Assembly: GCA_963723165.1 (NCBI GenBank)
Contig: CAVRPP010000007.1
Location: 133,513-197,512, forward strand
Origin: an uncultured Actinomycetota bacterium
Lineage (GTDB): Bacteria; Actinomycetota; Acidimicrobiia; Spongiisociales; UBA4744
Direction: 5' to 3'
Length of the DNA: 64,000 nt
Of the stretch, positions 46,996 through 56,985 are shown one piece after another; position 1 is the stretch's first letter, and each line of letters starts with the position of its first letter. The translations under genes and the position numbers were made by a program. A model generated the notes under the pieces. That model had not been told where the DNA came from, did not search any database, and saw only the letters and a program-made list of their open reading frames with translations.

Positions 46996-47928
46996 ATGAA
47001 CACATTTTGGAAATGGGCAGTGGGCGCAGCGGCCTTTTGGAGGCTGTTCGGGCCGGAACCCGGCCACCGATATAGCACCAAGCAGGAGCACCCGCTGCGG
47101 GTGCCTGGACGCACAGTGTTCGTGGGCGACCGGGAATTCTTCCTCCGGGAAGCCGGGCCGATCGACGGTCCGCCTCTGGTCCTCATTCACGGTCTCGGCA
47201 ACAACTCTTTGGAGAATTGGTACGAGTTGATCAAACGGCTCCAGCATCGGTACCGGCTGATTGCCGTCGACATGCGCAATCACGGCAAGAGTGACAAACC
47301 GCGGGAACGTTTCGAAATCGGCCGGATGGCAGACGAGGTCGCCGCCATGATGGACGCGGTCGGTATCGACCGGGCGGCGGTGGCCGGGTTCTCGATGGGG
47401 GGCATGATCGCCCAGGAATTGGCTCACCGCCACCCGCACCGGGTGTCACGGATGGTGCTGATGGGAACTACCGCACACCACGCCCGCTTGCGTCGGGAAG
47501 TTGGCTGGCTCGGGTTCGTCTTCGGACGGGCTCTGGAGCGTTTGACCGGCAAGGCCCTTTCGCTCTTCACCTACCGGTACATGATCCTGACGGGCGCCGT
47601 TCCGGCCCGGTACGACCGGTGGTACCGGGAGACAACTCTCGATCGGGACGCCGATCTCTACTACGCGGCTGCCTTCGCGGTCATCAGCTTCGATAGCCGC
47701 GATTGGGTCGGCCGCTTGGACGTACCGGCGCTGGTGATCATTTCGGTGAAAGATCAACTGGTCCCCGTCTCATGGCAATACGACCTGGCCGGGAGGTTGA
47801 AAGACGCCCAAGTTGTCGAACTGGTCGACGGCGGTCACGAGCATCCCTGGACACACGCCGACCGTATCGCCACGGCCATCGACAAGTTCGTCGGCGGACC
47901 GAACCTGCGGGTGGTCGAAGCGTCCTGA
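46996..47928 (+). CDS. Alpha/beta hydrolase
   Basis: RBS GAGGAGA. HGLGNNS and GFSMGG (nucleophile elbow). Confidence 0.8.
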   Translation: MNTFWKWAVGAAAFWRLFGPEPGHRYSTKQEHPLRVPGRTVFVGDREFFLREAGPIDGPPLVLIHGLGNNSLENWYELIKRLQHRYRLIAVDMRNHGKSDKPRERFEIGRMADEVAAMMDAVGIDRAAVAGFSMGGMIAQELAHRHPHRVSRMVLMGTTAHHARLRREVGWLGFVFGRALERLTGKALSLFTYRYMILTGAVPARYDRWYRETTLDRDADLYYAAAFAVISFDSRDWVGRLDVPALVIISVKDQLVPVSWQYDLAGRLKDAQVVELVDGGHEHPWTHADRIATAIDKFVGGPNLRVVEAS

Positions 47929-48025
47929 GTTGCCGGCTAGCGGCGTCCAGTCGGCCGACCGACTGACGACTGATAACTGACAACTGATAACTGGAACTTC
48001 GAACCAACCCTGCCATCATGGACCC

Positions 48026-48505
48026 ATGACCGCTCCGCCGGCGATCCAGGAAACGTACCCGGAGGACGTGGCGCACTGCTACGGGTGTGGCCGCCTGAAC
48101 GAACACGGCTATCAGATCAAAACCCGGGCACACGGGGAAGGGACCATAACCGGGTTCGTCCCGGAGAGTTTTCACACAGCCATACCCGGGTACATCTACG
48201 GGGGGCTGATCGCGAGTCTCATCGACTGCCATTCCACGGGGTCGGCCGCAATCTTCTCGATGCAGGACGCGGGCCTAGAGATCGGTAGCGAACCATCTCC
48301 TCGCTTCCTGACCGCCCACCTCGAGGTCGACTACCTCGAACCGACGCCCTTGGCTCGGGTCACGCTGATCGGCAAAGCGATCGAAGTGAAAGATCGCAAG
48401 ATCACCGTCGTAACCGAATTCGTCGTCGACGGCGAGGTGACGGCCCGCGGGTACGCGGTCTTGGTCAAGATGCCAGAAGGGATGATCGAGGCCATGTCCG
48501 ATTAG
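48026..48505 (+). CDS. PaaI-family hotdog thioesterase with N-terminal Cys pair
   Basis: CYGCG, then a hotdog fold (GYIYGGLIASLID). Confidence 0.7.
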   Translation: MTAPPAIQETYPEDVAHCYGCGRLNEHGYQIKTRAHGEGTITGFVPESFHTAIPGYIYGGLIASLIDCHSTGSAAIFSMQDAGLEIGSEPSPRFLTAHLEVDYLEPTPLARVTLIGKAIEVKDRKITVVTEFVVDGEVTARGYAVLVKMPEGMIEAMSD

Positions 48506-48536
48506 TCGGCGGTGAACGGTCGGCTACCGTCAGGGT

Positions 48537-49070
48537 ATGTCGATGCCTCCTGTGCTGCTTTCCACGGAACAGATCGACGAACGGGTAGGCGCCCTTGCCG
48601 CGGAGATCGACGCTGCGTACGCAGGTGCGGGACGGTTGGTTCTGATCGGGGTGCTCAAAGGGTCGTTCATCTTCCTTTCCGATCTGGCGCGGAAACTGAC
48701 GATTCCCCATCGTGTGGAATTCATTGCCGTGTCCAGTTACGGCGCCAAGGAGAGCGAAGCTGCCGATCCGGTTCGTCTGCTCATGGATGTCCGCCACGCC
48801 ATCGACGGCGAGCATGTGCTGATCGTCGAAGACATCGTCGACACGGGCCACACGCTCGCCTATCTCCGGCGCCTGTTCGAAGTGCGCGGTCCCGCCTCGC
48901 TCAAGATCTGCACGATGCTGCACAAGCCGGATCGCACGGAGCAGGAGGTTGGTCTCGACTTTCTCGGGTTCACCATCCCCGATGTCTGGGTCGTCGGCTA
49001 TGGACTCGACTACGCAGAGCGTTACCGGACCCTTCCCTACATTGGTGAGCTTCCGCCGGAGATGCGCTGA
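48537..49070 (+). CDS. hpt: Hypoxanthine phosphoribosyltransferase
   Basis: PRPP-binding motif LIVEDIVDTGHTL. Typical Hpt length. Confidence 0.9.
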   Translation: MSMPPVLLSTEQIDERVGALAAEIDAAYAGAGRLVLIGVLKGSFIFLSDLARKLTIPHRVEFIAVSSYGAKESEAADPVRLLMDVRHAIDGEHVLIVEDIVDTGHTLAYLRRLFEVRGPASLKICTMLHKPDRTEQEVGLDFLGFTIPDVWVVGYGLDYAERYRTLPYIGELPPEMR

Positions 49071-49117
49071 CGGCGGCCCCGGCATCGTCGGTACATGACC
49101 CTTCTATCCTGTAAATC

Positions 49118-50908
49118 ATGAGCATCTACGACGCCCCCCTTCGTGACATCACCTTCACCCTCGAGCACCTGGCCGGTCTTCCCGAGCTCACCACGTGGGA
49201 GCAGTTTTCGCATGCCGATTCCGACATGCTCTATGGAGCCCTCGATGAGGCAGGGCGGTTTATCGGCGAGGTCATCGCCCCGACCAACGTGATCGGAGAT
49301 CAGACCGGGAGCAAGCTCAACGACGACGGAACCGTGACCACCCCTCCGGGTTTCAGGGAGGCCTACGCGCGCTTCGTCGACTCCGGATGGGGCACGCTTC
49401 CCTTCCCGAGCGCATACGGGGGACAGGACCTCCCCTGGGTGGTGGGGATCGCGGTGGTCGAGATGCTCAAATCCGCCAACATGGCCTGGTCACTCTGTCC
49501 GATGCTGACCCAAAGTGCAATCGATGCTCTCATCCATCACGGCAGTCCCGAACAGCAGGCGACCTACCTGGAGAAACTGGTGACCGGCGAATGGACCGGC
49601 ACGATGCTGCTCACCGAACCTGAGGCCGGATCCGACGTAGGAGCACTCCGGGCGAAAGCGACTCCGGACGGGGACGGCACGTGGCGCATCACCGGATCAA
49701 AGATCTTCATCACCTGGGGTGAGCACGACGTCGCCGACAACATCATCCACATGGTGCTGGCCCGCACCCCCGGCGCCCCGCCCGGAACGAGAGGCATATC
49801 CCTGTTCATCGTCCCCAAATACCTCGTGAACACAGACGGGAGCATGGGAGACCGCAACGACATCAAGACCGTTTCCCTCGAGCACAAGATCGGCATTCAC
49901 GGCAGCCCCACCTGCGTGATGTCCATGGGAGATGAGGGAGAAGGGGCGGTCGGATACCTCATCGGAGAAGAGAACCGGGGCATGGCCTACATGTTCACGA
50001 TGATGAATAACGCCCGTCTGGCCGTCGGGGTTGAAGGTCTGTCGATTTCCGAGCGGGCCTATCAGCAGGCGCTCGAGTTCGCCCAGGTGCGCCGACAAGG
50101 GCGGGCGATTGGAGCCCCAAAAACCGAGAGTTCGCTCATCATCGAACACCCTGATATCCGTCGCATGCTGATGACCATGAAGGCAAACATCGAGGCGATG
50201 CGCGGGTTGATATACCTGACGGCCGGCTCGATCGACCGGTCAAGGCACCACCCCGACGAGGCGGAACGGGTTCGACACGAGGAGTTGTTGGCTCTGCTGA
50301 CTCCTGTCGCCAAGGCCTGGCCCACCGATCGCGGCGTCGAGATGACCTCGCTCGGAATTCAGATCCACGGTGGGATGGGATACGTGGAGGAGACCGGAGC
50401 CGCCCAGCACTGGCGCGACTCGCGCATCGCTCCGATTTATGAAGGAACCAACGGGATCCAGGCCATAGACCTGGTTTTGCGCAAGCTCCCTTTGCGCAAA
50501 GGTGATGTAGCCCGGGAGTTGTTCGCAAAGATGGCGAGCCTGGATGCCGATCTCGAGACCGCAGGCGAAGACTTCGTTTCGATGCGCGCTTCGCTCGCCA
50601 CAGGGCTGGACGCTCTCGAAAGGTCCACAGAGTGGTTGTTGAGTTGTGAGGACCCCAACGATGCTCTCGCTGGAGCGACCCCGTACCTGGAGCTGTTCGG
50701 GACTGTGACGGGGGGATGGCTGTTGGCTAAGGGGGCCGTCGCAGCGTCCAAAGCGCTCGAGGAGAATGACGACCCGTTCCTGCGGGCCAAGTTCACAACG
50801 GCCCATTTCTATTGCACTCAATTGCTGCCGCGTGCCGTTGGGCTGGCCCCTTCGGTGATGGCCGGTGCGGCTGATCTCTTCGAAATCGGCCCCGAATCGC
50901 TCACCTAG
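49118..50908 (+). CDS. Acyl-CoA dehydrogenase (long FadE-type)
   Basis: ACAD N-terminal, middle and C-terminal domains (TEPEAGSD, GEENRGM, IYEGTNGIQ). Confidence 0.85.
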   Translation: MSIYDAPLRDITFTLEHLAGLPELTTWEQFSHADSDMLYGALDEAGRFIGEVIAPTNVIGDQTGSKLNDDGTVTTPPGFREAYARFVDSGWGTLPFPSAYGGQDLPWVVGIAVVEMLKSANMAWSLCPMLTQSAIDALIHHGSPEQQATYLEKLVTGEWTGTMLLTEPEAGSDVGALRAKATPDGDGTWRITGSKIFITWGEHDVADNIIHMVLARTPGAPPGTRGISLFIVPKYLVNTDGSMGDRNDIKTVSLEHKIGIHGSPTCVMSMGDEGEGAVGYLIGEENRGMAYMFTMMNNARLAVGVEGLSISERAYQQALEFAQVRRQGRAIGAPKTESSLIIEHPDIRRMLMTMKANIEAMRGLIYLTAGSIDRSRHHPDEAERVRHEELLALLTPVAKAWPTDRGVEMTSLGIQIHGGMGYVEETGAAQHWRDSRIAPIYEGTNGIQAIDLVLRKLPLRKGDVARELFAKMASLDADLETAGEDFVSMRASLATGLDALERSTEWLLSCEDPNDALAGATPYLELFGTVTGGWLLAKGAVAASKALEENDDPFLRAKFTTAHFYCTQLLPRAVGLAPSVMAGAADLFEIGPESLT

Positions 50909-51166
50909 AGAAGAGTTTGCCGCCCACGCTCGGAGCGAACAGGCGAAATTGTCGGAGAGAGTGGCAAGGACGGTCCCGGTCCCGAGTGACCACCCTCGGG
51001 TGCGGTGAGGTTATCTAGCCCGCTAGGTACGTGTCGATATCGGACACTCCGCTGATGGGGTCTTCTTGCTCGGCATCGGGTGATCTGCGTGCCTACGGAT
51101 CGGAGGCAAACTGATCCGTGCCTTCTCGCTAGCATTCGCTCTGAGCGATCAACATCGGAGTGGAGA

Positions 51167-51589
51167 ATGGCCGAGGCGCTCATAATTGTGGGTGTGGCCG
51201 CCAATGTGGTGTTCTGGATCGTGATGATTCTCGCCCGTGGCCCCTCGATGGAGACTCGCCAGGTTGTCAAGTGGGGAATCCTCCTGGCGCTCCTGCCCGG
51301 CTTGGGTGTGCTCGGCTTGTTCTTGTATCGATCAGATAGCTATGGGTTGTTCTTTGTCGTGATGCTGGTCGCGCTGGTGGTTCTGGGCCTCGTACTCCTC
51401 GCTCGTGACCGCCACTCGATGGAGACTGGCCAGGTTGTCAAGTGGGCAATCCTCCTGGTGCTCCTTCCCGGCTTGGGTGTGCTCGGCTACTTCTTCTGGC
51501 GGTTGGAAAACGCAATCCAGCGTGGCACTCCCGGCCGCCCGGACGAATCCGCGTCGTTCCTGCGAAGCCCTGGCTTCAAGGATAAGTAG
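51167..51589 (+). CDS. Small membrane protein with two tandem PLDc_N-like repeats
   Basis: RBS GGAG. Internal duplication SMET(R/G)QVVKW(G/A)ILL.LLPGLGVLG.F. Confidence 0.55.
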   Translation: MAEALIIVGVAANVVFWIVMILARGPSMETRQVVKWGILLALLPGLGVLGLFLYRSDSYGLFFVVMLVALVVLGLVLLARDRHSMETGQVVKWAILLVLLPGLGVLGYFFWRLENAIQRGTPGRPDESASFLRSPGFKDK

Positions 51590-51649
51590 GGCGACGCCAT
51601 CGAGGAGGTGACAGTTCAGCCGGCCACTCGGCGGACTGCCCACTCCTCG

Positions 51650-52843
51650 CTAATCCCTCCACGCTTCCCAATACACGCCAAGGCGTTGGACGAACCGATT
51701 GGTGGGTTCTGCATACACCCGCAGACCTTTGGCCCGCGCCCGCTGGTGGAGATCGCGGCGGCGTTGCTCGATGAGAGCGTCGAGAAGCTCACGTTGTCGT
51801 TTCCCTGAAGTGAGGGAGTGGTCGTCGTGGAGGAGTCTTCGCAGTTCGGCGAGGTCGTGAGCGGTTCCTAGTGTTTCTCCGAGATCATCGACCGCGAACG
51901 CCATCCCTCCGATCACCTCAGGCCACAAACCGTTGAGTGTTTCCAACTGGAAGCGGAGATATCGCACTCGTTTCCGCCAATCGTGGAAGCTCTCCGCCGA
52001 CGGTGACCGATAGGCGTCGGCCATGCGGAGTCGGCCCCGATGGTAAGTCCTGGCGAGACCGGGTGCGACCGCTGCATACGTGTTCCTGATTGAGGGTTTG
52101 GCGTTGGGCCTGCCGAGTGTGCCTTCCAACGGCAGGGCCGCGTGCCGGGCCCGGGCCGACCGCAGTGTGCGCACGATCTGTCGGCGTTGCTCTGGATCGC
52201 CGATGGAGTGTTTGACGGCGCTGGACCGCCGGGCCTTGAGGGCACGACGCACGTCGTCGAAGACGTCGGTGACAAGCACCTCGTCGAACCGGTCTTCGAT
52301 CGCGGATAGCGTGTCGACGGCCACTGCGGCGCTGCGAGCTTCGGAGATGAGGCGTCCGGCGTCCCGTAGTTGAACGTTCTCGAACTGGTAGACGTCGTGT
52401 CCCAGCTCGCCCAGAACGAGCCGGAGGAGGCCCCGGACCCGGCGCATTGCTTTGCGGGCCTCGTGAACCGTCTTTTTCGGGGAAAGGTCGCCTCCGACAA
52501 GAACGTCGATGGCGTAGTCGAGATGCTCGAGGCTGAGGCGCTGGACACCCTGTTGCAGTGACTCTCTTCTCCGCAGTCGAATGGATGGCTGTTTCAGCTT
52601 CCGTGCCGGGGGTAGGGGAACCTGGCGGGACTGTTGCGCCGGTTGAGAAGATGGGCTCTTCAACTGTGGCGGCTGTGCCGCTTGATGGTTTTCATCGAAG
52701 CGAATGACAAGATGGATCTCGGGCTGCTTGTTCCAGGGTGGCAGATGGTCTCTCAGGTCGACGACGACGGCGCCGGAGGGCGGGGGAGCCGGTGTGGGTG
52801 GTGGCGTGGTGACTACATGTAGGGGCGAAGGGGAAGTATCCAT
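51650..52843 (-). CDS. CHAD domain protein (start uncertain; the Pro/Gln-rich N-terminal 100 aa may not be translated)
   Basis: C-terminal 270 aa has the CHAD helical pattern with conserved His/Arg. Confidence 0.6.
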   Translation of the reverse strand: MDTSPSPLHVVTTPPPTPAPPPSGAVVVDLRDHLPPWNKQPEIHLVIRFDENHQAAQPPQLKSPSSQPAQQSRQVPLPPARKLKQPSIRLRRRESLQQGVQRLSLEHLDYAIDVLVGGDLSPKKTVHEARKAMRRVRGLLRLVLGELGHDVYQFENVQLRDAGRLISEARSAAVAVDTLSAIEDRFDEVLVTDVFDDVRRALKARRSSAVKHSIGDPEQRRQIVRTLRSARARHAALPLEGTLGRPNAKPSIRNTYAAVAPGLARTYHRGRLRMADAYRSPSAESFHDWRKRVRYLRFQLETLNGLWPEVIGGMAFAVDDLGETLGTAHDLAELRRLLHDDHSLTSGKRQRELLDALIEQRRRDLHQRARAKGLRVYAEPTNRFVQRLGVYWEAWRD

Positions 52844-53051
52844 CTTGTGAACGTTACACCTCGTCGATCTGCAGCCGGTGAGTTTCGATGTCGTCGCTGC
52901 ATTGAACCGGCCGTCCCCCCAAGGTCAGTCGTGCGCATCGGTTCGGTGAGAGGCACTGCGACTATCTGAGTTGTCGCCTCCACGATCTACCCGGGTAGGT
53001 TCGGCGGTAGGCTTGATGCGCCGCACCGGCTGACGTAGAAAGGGGGGCCTA

Positions 53052-53225
53052 GTGGACGACAGCTTCGTCTGGCCCGCAGGAGTCATGCTTGCGGGAGTGG
53101 GCGTCTGGATCGCACTGATCGTCTGGCGTGCGTTCATCGGCCGCCGGAGAGAATGGCCACCCTGGATAGAACCAGGCATGTGTCTCACCGCAGGTGGCCT
53201 CATCCTCATCTCCGGTTTCGCCTGA
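53052..53225 (+). CDS. Putative small two-TM membrane peptide
   Basis: GTG follows AAAGGGGGG. The 57 aa product is hydrophobic and is not in the ORF track because it is shorter than 60 aa. Confidence 0.25.
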   Translation: MDDSFVWPAGVMLAGVGVWIALIVWRAFIGRRREWPPWIEPGMCLTAGGLILISGFA

Positions 53226-53782
53226 CTCTTGATAGACGGCCCGGTCGTGGGCCAAATCGTTCGACTCGGACTACTGCTTGGCCTGGCCGCATACGCCTAC
53301 CGGAAGATCGGCAAGGGTGTGGCTCTAGCCCAGATGGCGGCGGCGGCCCTTGTAGGCGTCCTCGCCCTGGTGGTGACCTTCTAGCGACCCTGCATATCGA
53401 TTCAACCGCCGTCAATCATGGCGGTCGCATCGATAGCCGGTTTCGACTCGGAGTGCGGCGCCCAGACCCAGCCCCTTTCCAGGTTCCCCTCCTTGGCAGA
53501 AGCCAGATTGCGGCAATCGTTGGGTAATCGCCAGAGTTGACAGTCATCTCATCGTTGGGGGCATCCCGACCAGGTCGCCACCCGACGACTATCCGCAGCG
53601 GCGTCCGGGATGACCCAACGGCCACGGAAATTGCCACCAACCGTTCAGCTCGGTGGCGGTCCGGCGGGTGCGGCGATGGGGGATTCTTCTGTCCCCGCCA
53701 TCTCCCATAGTATGGAATTGGGAATTGGATGCGATCAGGAACAAGCGATCGTGCGATCGCTTTGTGCGAAAGCGAGGCAGGG

Positions 53783-54178
53783 ATGGGGAGTCGACCAGTT
53801 GGACCGGGTCTCGTGGACACGAAGGTGAACATACGGATACTGCTCGCTGCGTTCTGGATATGCCATTTCCTGCTGTGGACATTCGGTGACATGTTCTCAG
53901 TGGCACAGGAGATGGGCGAGCCTGTCACCGATTCGTTGTTCCTCTTCGTTGCGCCTACGACTGCGATCGTGCAGGCTCTGATGGTCGCCTTTTGCTTGGT
54001 GGGGCGTCCCGCCTCCGTTCGGCTGGCCAACCTGATCGTGGCTCCTGTGTACCTGTTGCTCAACGTAGTTTTCTTTGTTGATGCCACACAGGGTTGGGAG
54101 TATTACCTGGGCATCGGCTATGTGCTGTTCAACGTGCTGATCTTCTGGCATGCGTACAGGTGGCCCACGAACGAGTAG
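53783..54178 (+). CDS. Hypothetical four-TM membrane protein
   Basis: Internal ATG of ORF 53729..54178. Hydrophobic segments. Lies in a lower-GC region. Confidence 0.45.
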   Translation: MGSRPVGPGLVDTKVNIRILLAAFWICHFLLWTFGDMFSVAQEMGEPVTDSLFLFVAPTTAIVQALMVAFCLVGRPASVRLANLIVAPVYLLLNVVFFVDATQGWEYYLGIGYVLFNVLIFWHAYRWPTNE

Positions 54179-54756
54179 AGCCCCCGCCCATATCCCTCAC
54201 TCTGCGCTCCCGGCTCAGGTGACATTGAGTGAACCCCGATAACGGGGGGCAGGCGAGTCGCCCATACCTACGAGCGAACCGGCATTCTGCGCTACCCGCC
54301 GGGTGACATTCAGACACCCTCGCATGAGCCTGGCTTGGGTAGCTGCAGGGAAGTAGCACCTCGGAACCAATCGAACGGATGACCGACGATGGAGACCGCC
54401 ATGCTGTCCTGCCATGACCGGCGGCTGCCCCTAGACAGCAGGCGGAGTGCCGCCGGTGTGGGCGTAGTCTTTTCTGGCCGTTATCCACCAGCTGCCATCG
54501 ATGTGCGCCACGGTGAACAAGTCGAGGAAGTCGCAACCGAAGTAGTCGGTTTCGACCAACACTGCTATCCAAGGAGATCCTCGACAGGATGGACGGACTC
54601 AAGCCACCGTGCGAGATCGCAGACCAGGCAAGCCGGTTCGTGCAGCTCGGCCGGCAAAATCGCTACCTCTTGAAGGAGCGGGCCGATGCAGCGCGTGACA
54701 ACGACACTGCGGCTGCACCTCCGCTGGCTAACCCGTTAGGGCTTCATCAACAACAG

Positions 54757-55614
54757 TCAAACGGTCCGCCAATGGCTCAGGTCCCTCCCAAGAAGCTTCT
54801 CCAGCTCGAGAATGTCAGCTTCGAACGAGGGCAGCATGGCGGCCCGTTCCTCCGGTGTCATGTGCTGCCGGTCGAGATTGGCGTTCCTCGCGTTCCTCAG
54901 CGTCTTGATCAGACCTTTCGGTAGGAAAGGCGCAAGAGCCCGCTTGATCGGGTTCTTCCCACCCAAGAGCCAGTGAAAGGCCTTCACCTTCGGCACTCCA
55001 GAGACAGTGAACTGGACGTCCGTGTCGATATCCACCTCAGGATCGACCCCGAGGAATGTGAAGACCTCGCTCAGCACTTCCTTCGGTTTGGCCCTGAGAT
55101 CCTCGGTGAATACGACCTTGAGCTGCTCAGGTGGAAAGATGGTCAGATACCGGGACAAATGCTTGTAATAGAGGCCGTTATCGACGTAGTTGTGGCGCCG
55201 GTCTGCGGGTCGCTCCGCGTCTGCGGCGATAGCGTCGAGGAAATGCTCCTCTGGCTCTTCCTTCTCTCATTCCTTGGAAAGTGAACCCCGAGAACGCCCT
55301 GGCACATGGGTCTCTCAGGATGGCGATCAGGCGCACATGGGGAATGAGTTTGTGAATCTCATCCGGAGCATGCTCATCGGCGAGGTAGCCGGGGGAACCT
55401 TCGCCGACTGCGAGATAGCCATCTGACCCTTCGAAGAGCGCCTGGTAACTCTCCAGAGTTTGCGCTTTGCCTTCCTTGTAGACCTTGCCAGACCAGAAGT
55501 ACGCGGGCTCCTTTTGCTGCTCGTGAAGATCCCCGGATGCTGGCGTATGTATTGAAACAAAGACGTCGAACCCGCTTTCGGTGCGCCGATCAATAAGAAA
55601 TTGGGCAAAGCCAC
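54757..55614 (-). pseudogene. Sulfotransferase-family gene disrupted by at least two frameshifts
   Basis: Three ORF pieces in frames 0/1/0: the N-terminal PAPS-binding motif LLIGAPKAGSTSL (55327..55614), the middle KEPAYF...ILRDPCARAFSGF (55178..55687) and the C-terminal half (54757..55158). About 55% GC. Confidence 0.7.
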
Positions 55615-55861
55615 TACGTCTCCTTCTGCTCTTGAGGCAGCTTAGAGCCTGGTAGCGGAGCGTACGCAGGGATCCGGATGCCGGCAAACCGGCCCGCCAT
55701 TTTTGCTTTTGTGCGCGGAGACTTCATCCCTGCACGGAGCTCAGGAATCGGCGCCGCTCGGCAGGGGCTCAGCATGATCCCGGCACCGGGATCGGGGATG
55801 CTTGCTCGCACTCTCCCAAGTGTGCAACCATCCGTCACCACCCGACCGGGAGAAGGGTCGC

Positions 55862-56200
55862 ATGGATCGCAAGGACCTCGTGCGTCGATACAAAGAAACG
55901 CCGCGTCCTGCCGGCATATATCGGGTCGTGCATCGGCCGAGCGGTCGGACTGTGCTCGGGGCCAGTCCTGATGCACCGGCGATGCTCAACCGCATCCGGG
56001 CGCAGCTCACACTGAACAGCCATCCCAATAGGCAGATGCAGAGCGACTGGGATGCCGACGGCCAAGATGGCTTCACCTTCGACGTTCTGGACTTGCTCGA
56101 CCAGTCCGATCGTCCCGCTGAAGACGTCAGCGGAGACTTGCAGACGCTTCTCGAACTATGGCACGAGAAGCTGCGAGCCGAGCCGGGGTCTTCGTACTGA
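55862..56200 (+). CDS. GIY-YIG nuclease-family small protein
   Basis: Internal ATG. GIYRVVH...TVLGAS resembles the GIY-YIG motifs. Confidence 0.5.
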   Translation: MDRKDLVRRYKETPRPAGIYRVVHRPSGRTVLGASPDAPAMLNRIRAQLTLNSHPNRQMQSDWDADGQDGFTFDVLDLLDQSDRPAEDVSGDLQTLLELWHEKLRAEPGSSY

Positions 56201-56250
56201 ATCACCGCTGGTACTCCGAGCGCCGATTGACGGGCGGCAACCCTCTCGAT

Positions 56251-56274
56251 ATAGTTAACCAAGAGGTTAACTAT
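56251..56274. promoter_or_regulatory. Perfect 10-4-10 palindrome ATAGTTAACC-AAGA-GGTTAACTAT, candidate ArsR-family operator
   Basis: Lies immediately upstream of the regulator start (GTG 56276 / ATG 56285). Confidence 0.5.
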
Positions 56275-56275
56275 T

Positions 56276-56626
56276 GTGACTGAGATGGACGATCGGAATC
56301 GGGTCTTCGAGGCCCTCGCCAATGAACACCGACGAGAGATCATCGGTGCGTTGAGCTTGCAGCCGCACTCCATCAGTCGGTTGGCCGGTATGCGGGGCCT
56401 TTCCTTGCCCGCCATTCACAAGCACGTAGCGGTACTCGAGAGGGCAGGCATGGTCATCCGGAAGAAGATCGGGCGGACCAACTTCCTCGCACTCAACCGG
56501 GCCCCGCTACGCAGCCTGCAGGAATGGATAGGGCAGTTCAACCCCTACTGGGGCAACGAGGCAGAGACCCTGGAGAACTATGCCCGGCACCTGGGCACCA
56601 ATACCCCAGAAGGAGGGGACCTATGA
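56276..56626 (+). CDS. ArsR/SmtB-family helix-turn-helix transcriptional regulator
   Basis: HRREIIGALSLQPHSISRLAGMRGLSLPAIHKHVAVLERAGMV is a winged HTH. Confidence 0.75.
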   Translation: MTEMDDRNRVFEALANEHRREIIGALSLQPHSISRLAGMRGLSLPAIHKHVAVLERAGMVIRKKIGRTNFLALNRAPLRSLQEWIGQFNPYWGNEAETLENYARHLGTNTPEGGDL

Positions 56627-56916
56627 AGAAGTTCGTATTCCTGTACTACGGAGCATGGCCGGGGGAGCCGACCAGGGAGACCATGGACGCCTGGACGGCC
56701 TGGTTCGCGTCGATCGGCGAGAACCTGGTGGACGGCGGCAATCCGTTGGGACCAGGCAGGGAAGTCACGGCCGGTGCGAGTACGGACCTGTCCGACGCAA
56801 GCCCCATCACCGGATATTCGATCGTCAGCGCAGACAGCATGGACGACGCAGAGAAACTGCTGGTTGGCTGCCCGATCATCGACAGCGTCCGGATCTACGA
56901 AGCGATGTCCATGTAA
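56623..56916 (+). CDS. YciI-like (YCII-related) domain protein
   Basis: ATGA overlap with the regulator stop. RBS GGAGGGG. Starts MKKFVFLYYG. Confidence 0.5.
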   Translation: MKKFVFLYYGAWPGEPTRETMDAWTAWFASIGENLVDGGNPLGPGREVTAGASTDLSDASPITGYSIVSADSMDDAEKLLVGCPIIDSVRIYEAMSM

Positions 56917-56985
56917 GACGCCGATCCATGGGGAGGCCCGCACCGGGCGGTGCCTCTCCCGTGGGCGCCCCGACCTCGCCGCGCA

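Noticed and set aside
53416-54087. Minus-strand 223 aa ORF
   Set aside because: No homology pattern and Arg/Pro-rich. It overlaps a plus-strand membrane-protein ORF that has better start context. Treated as non-coding debris of the low-GC island.
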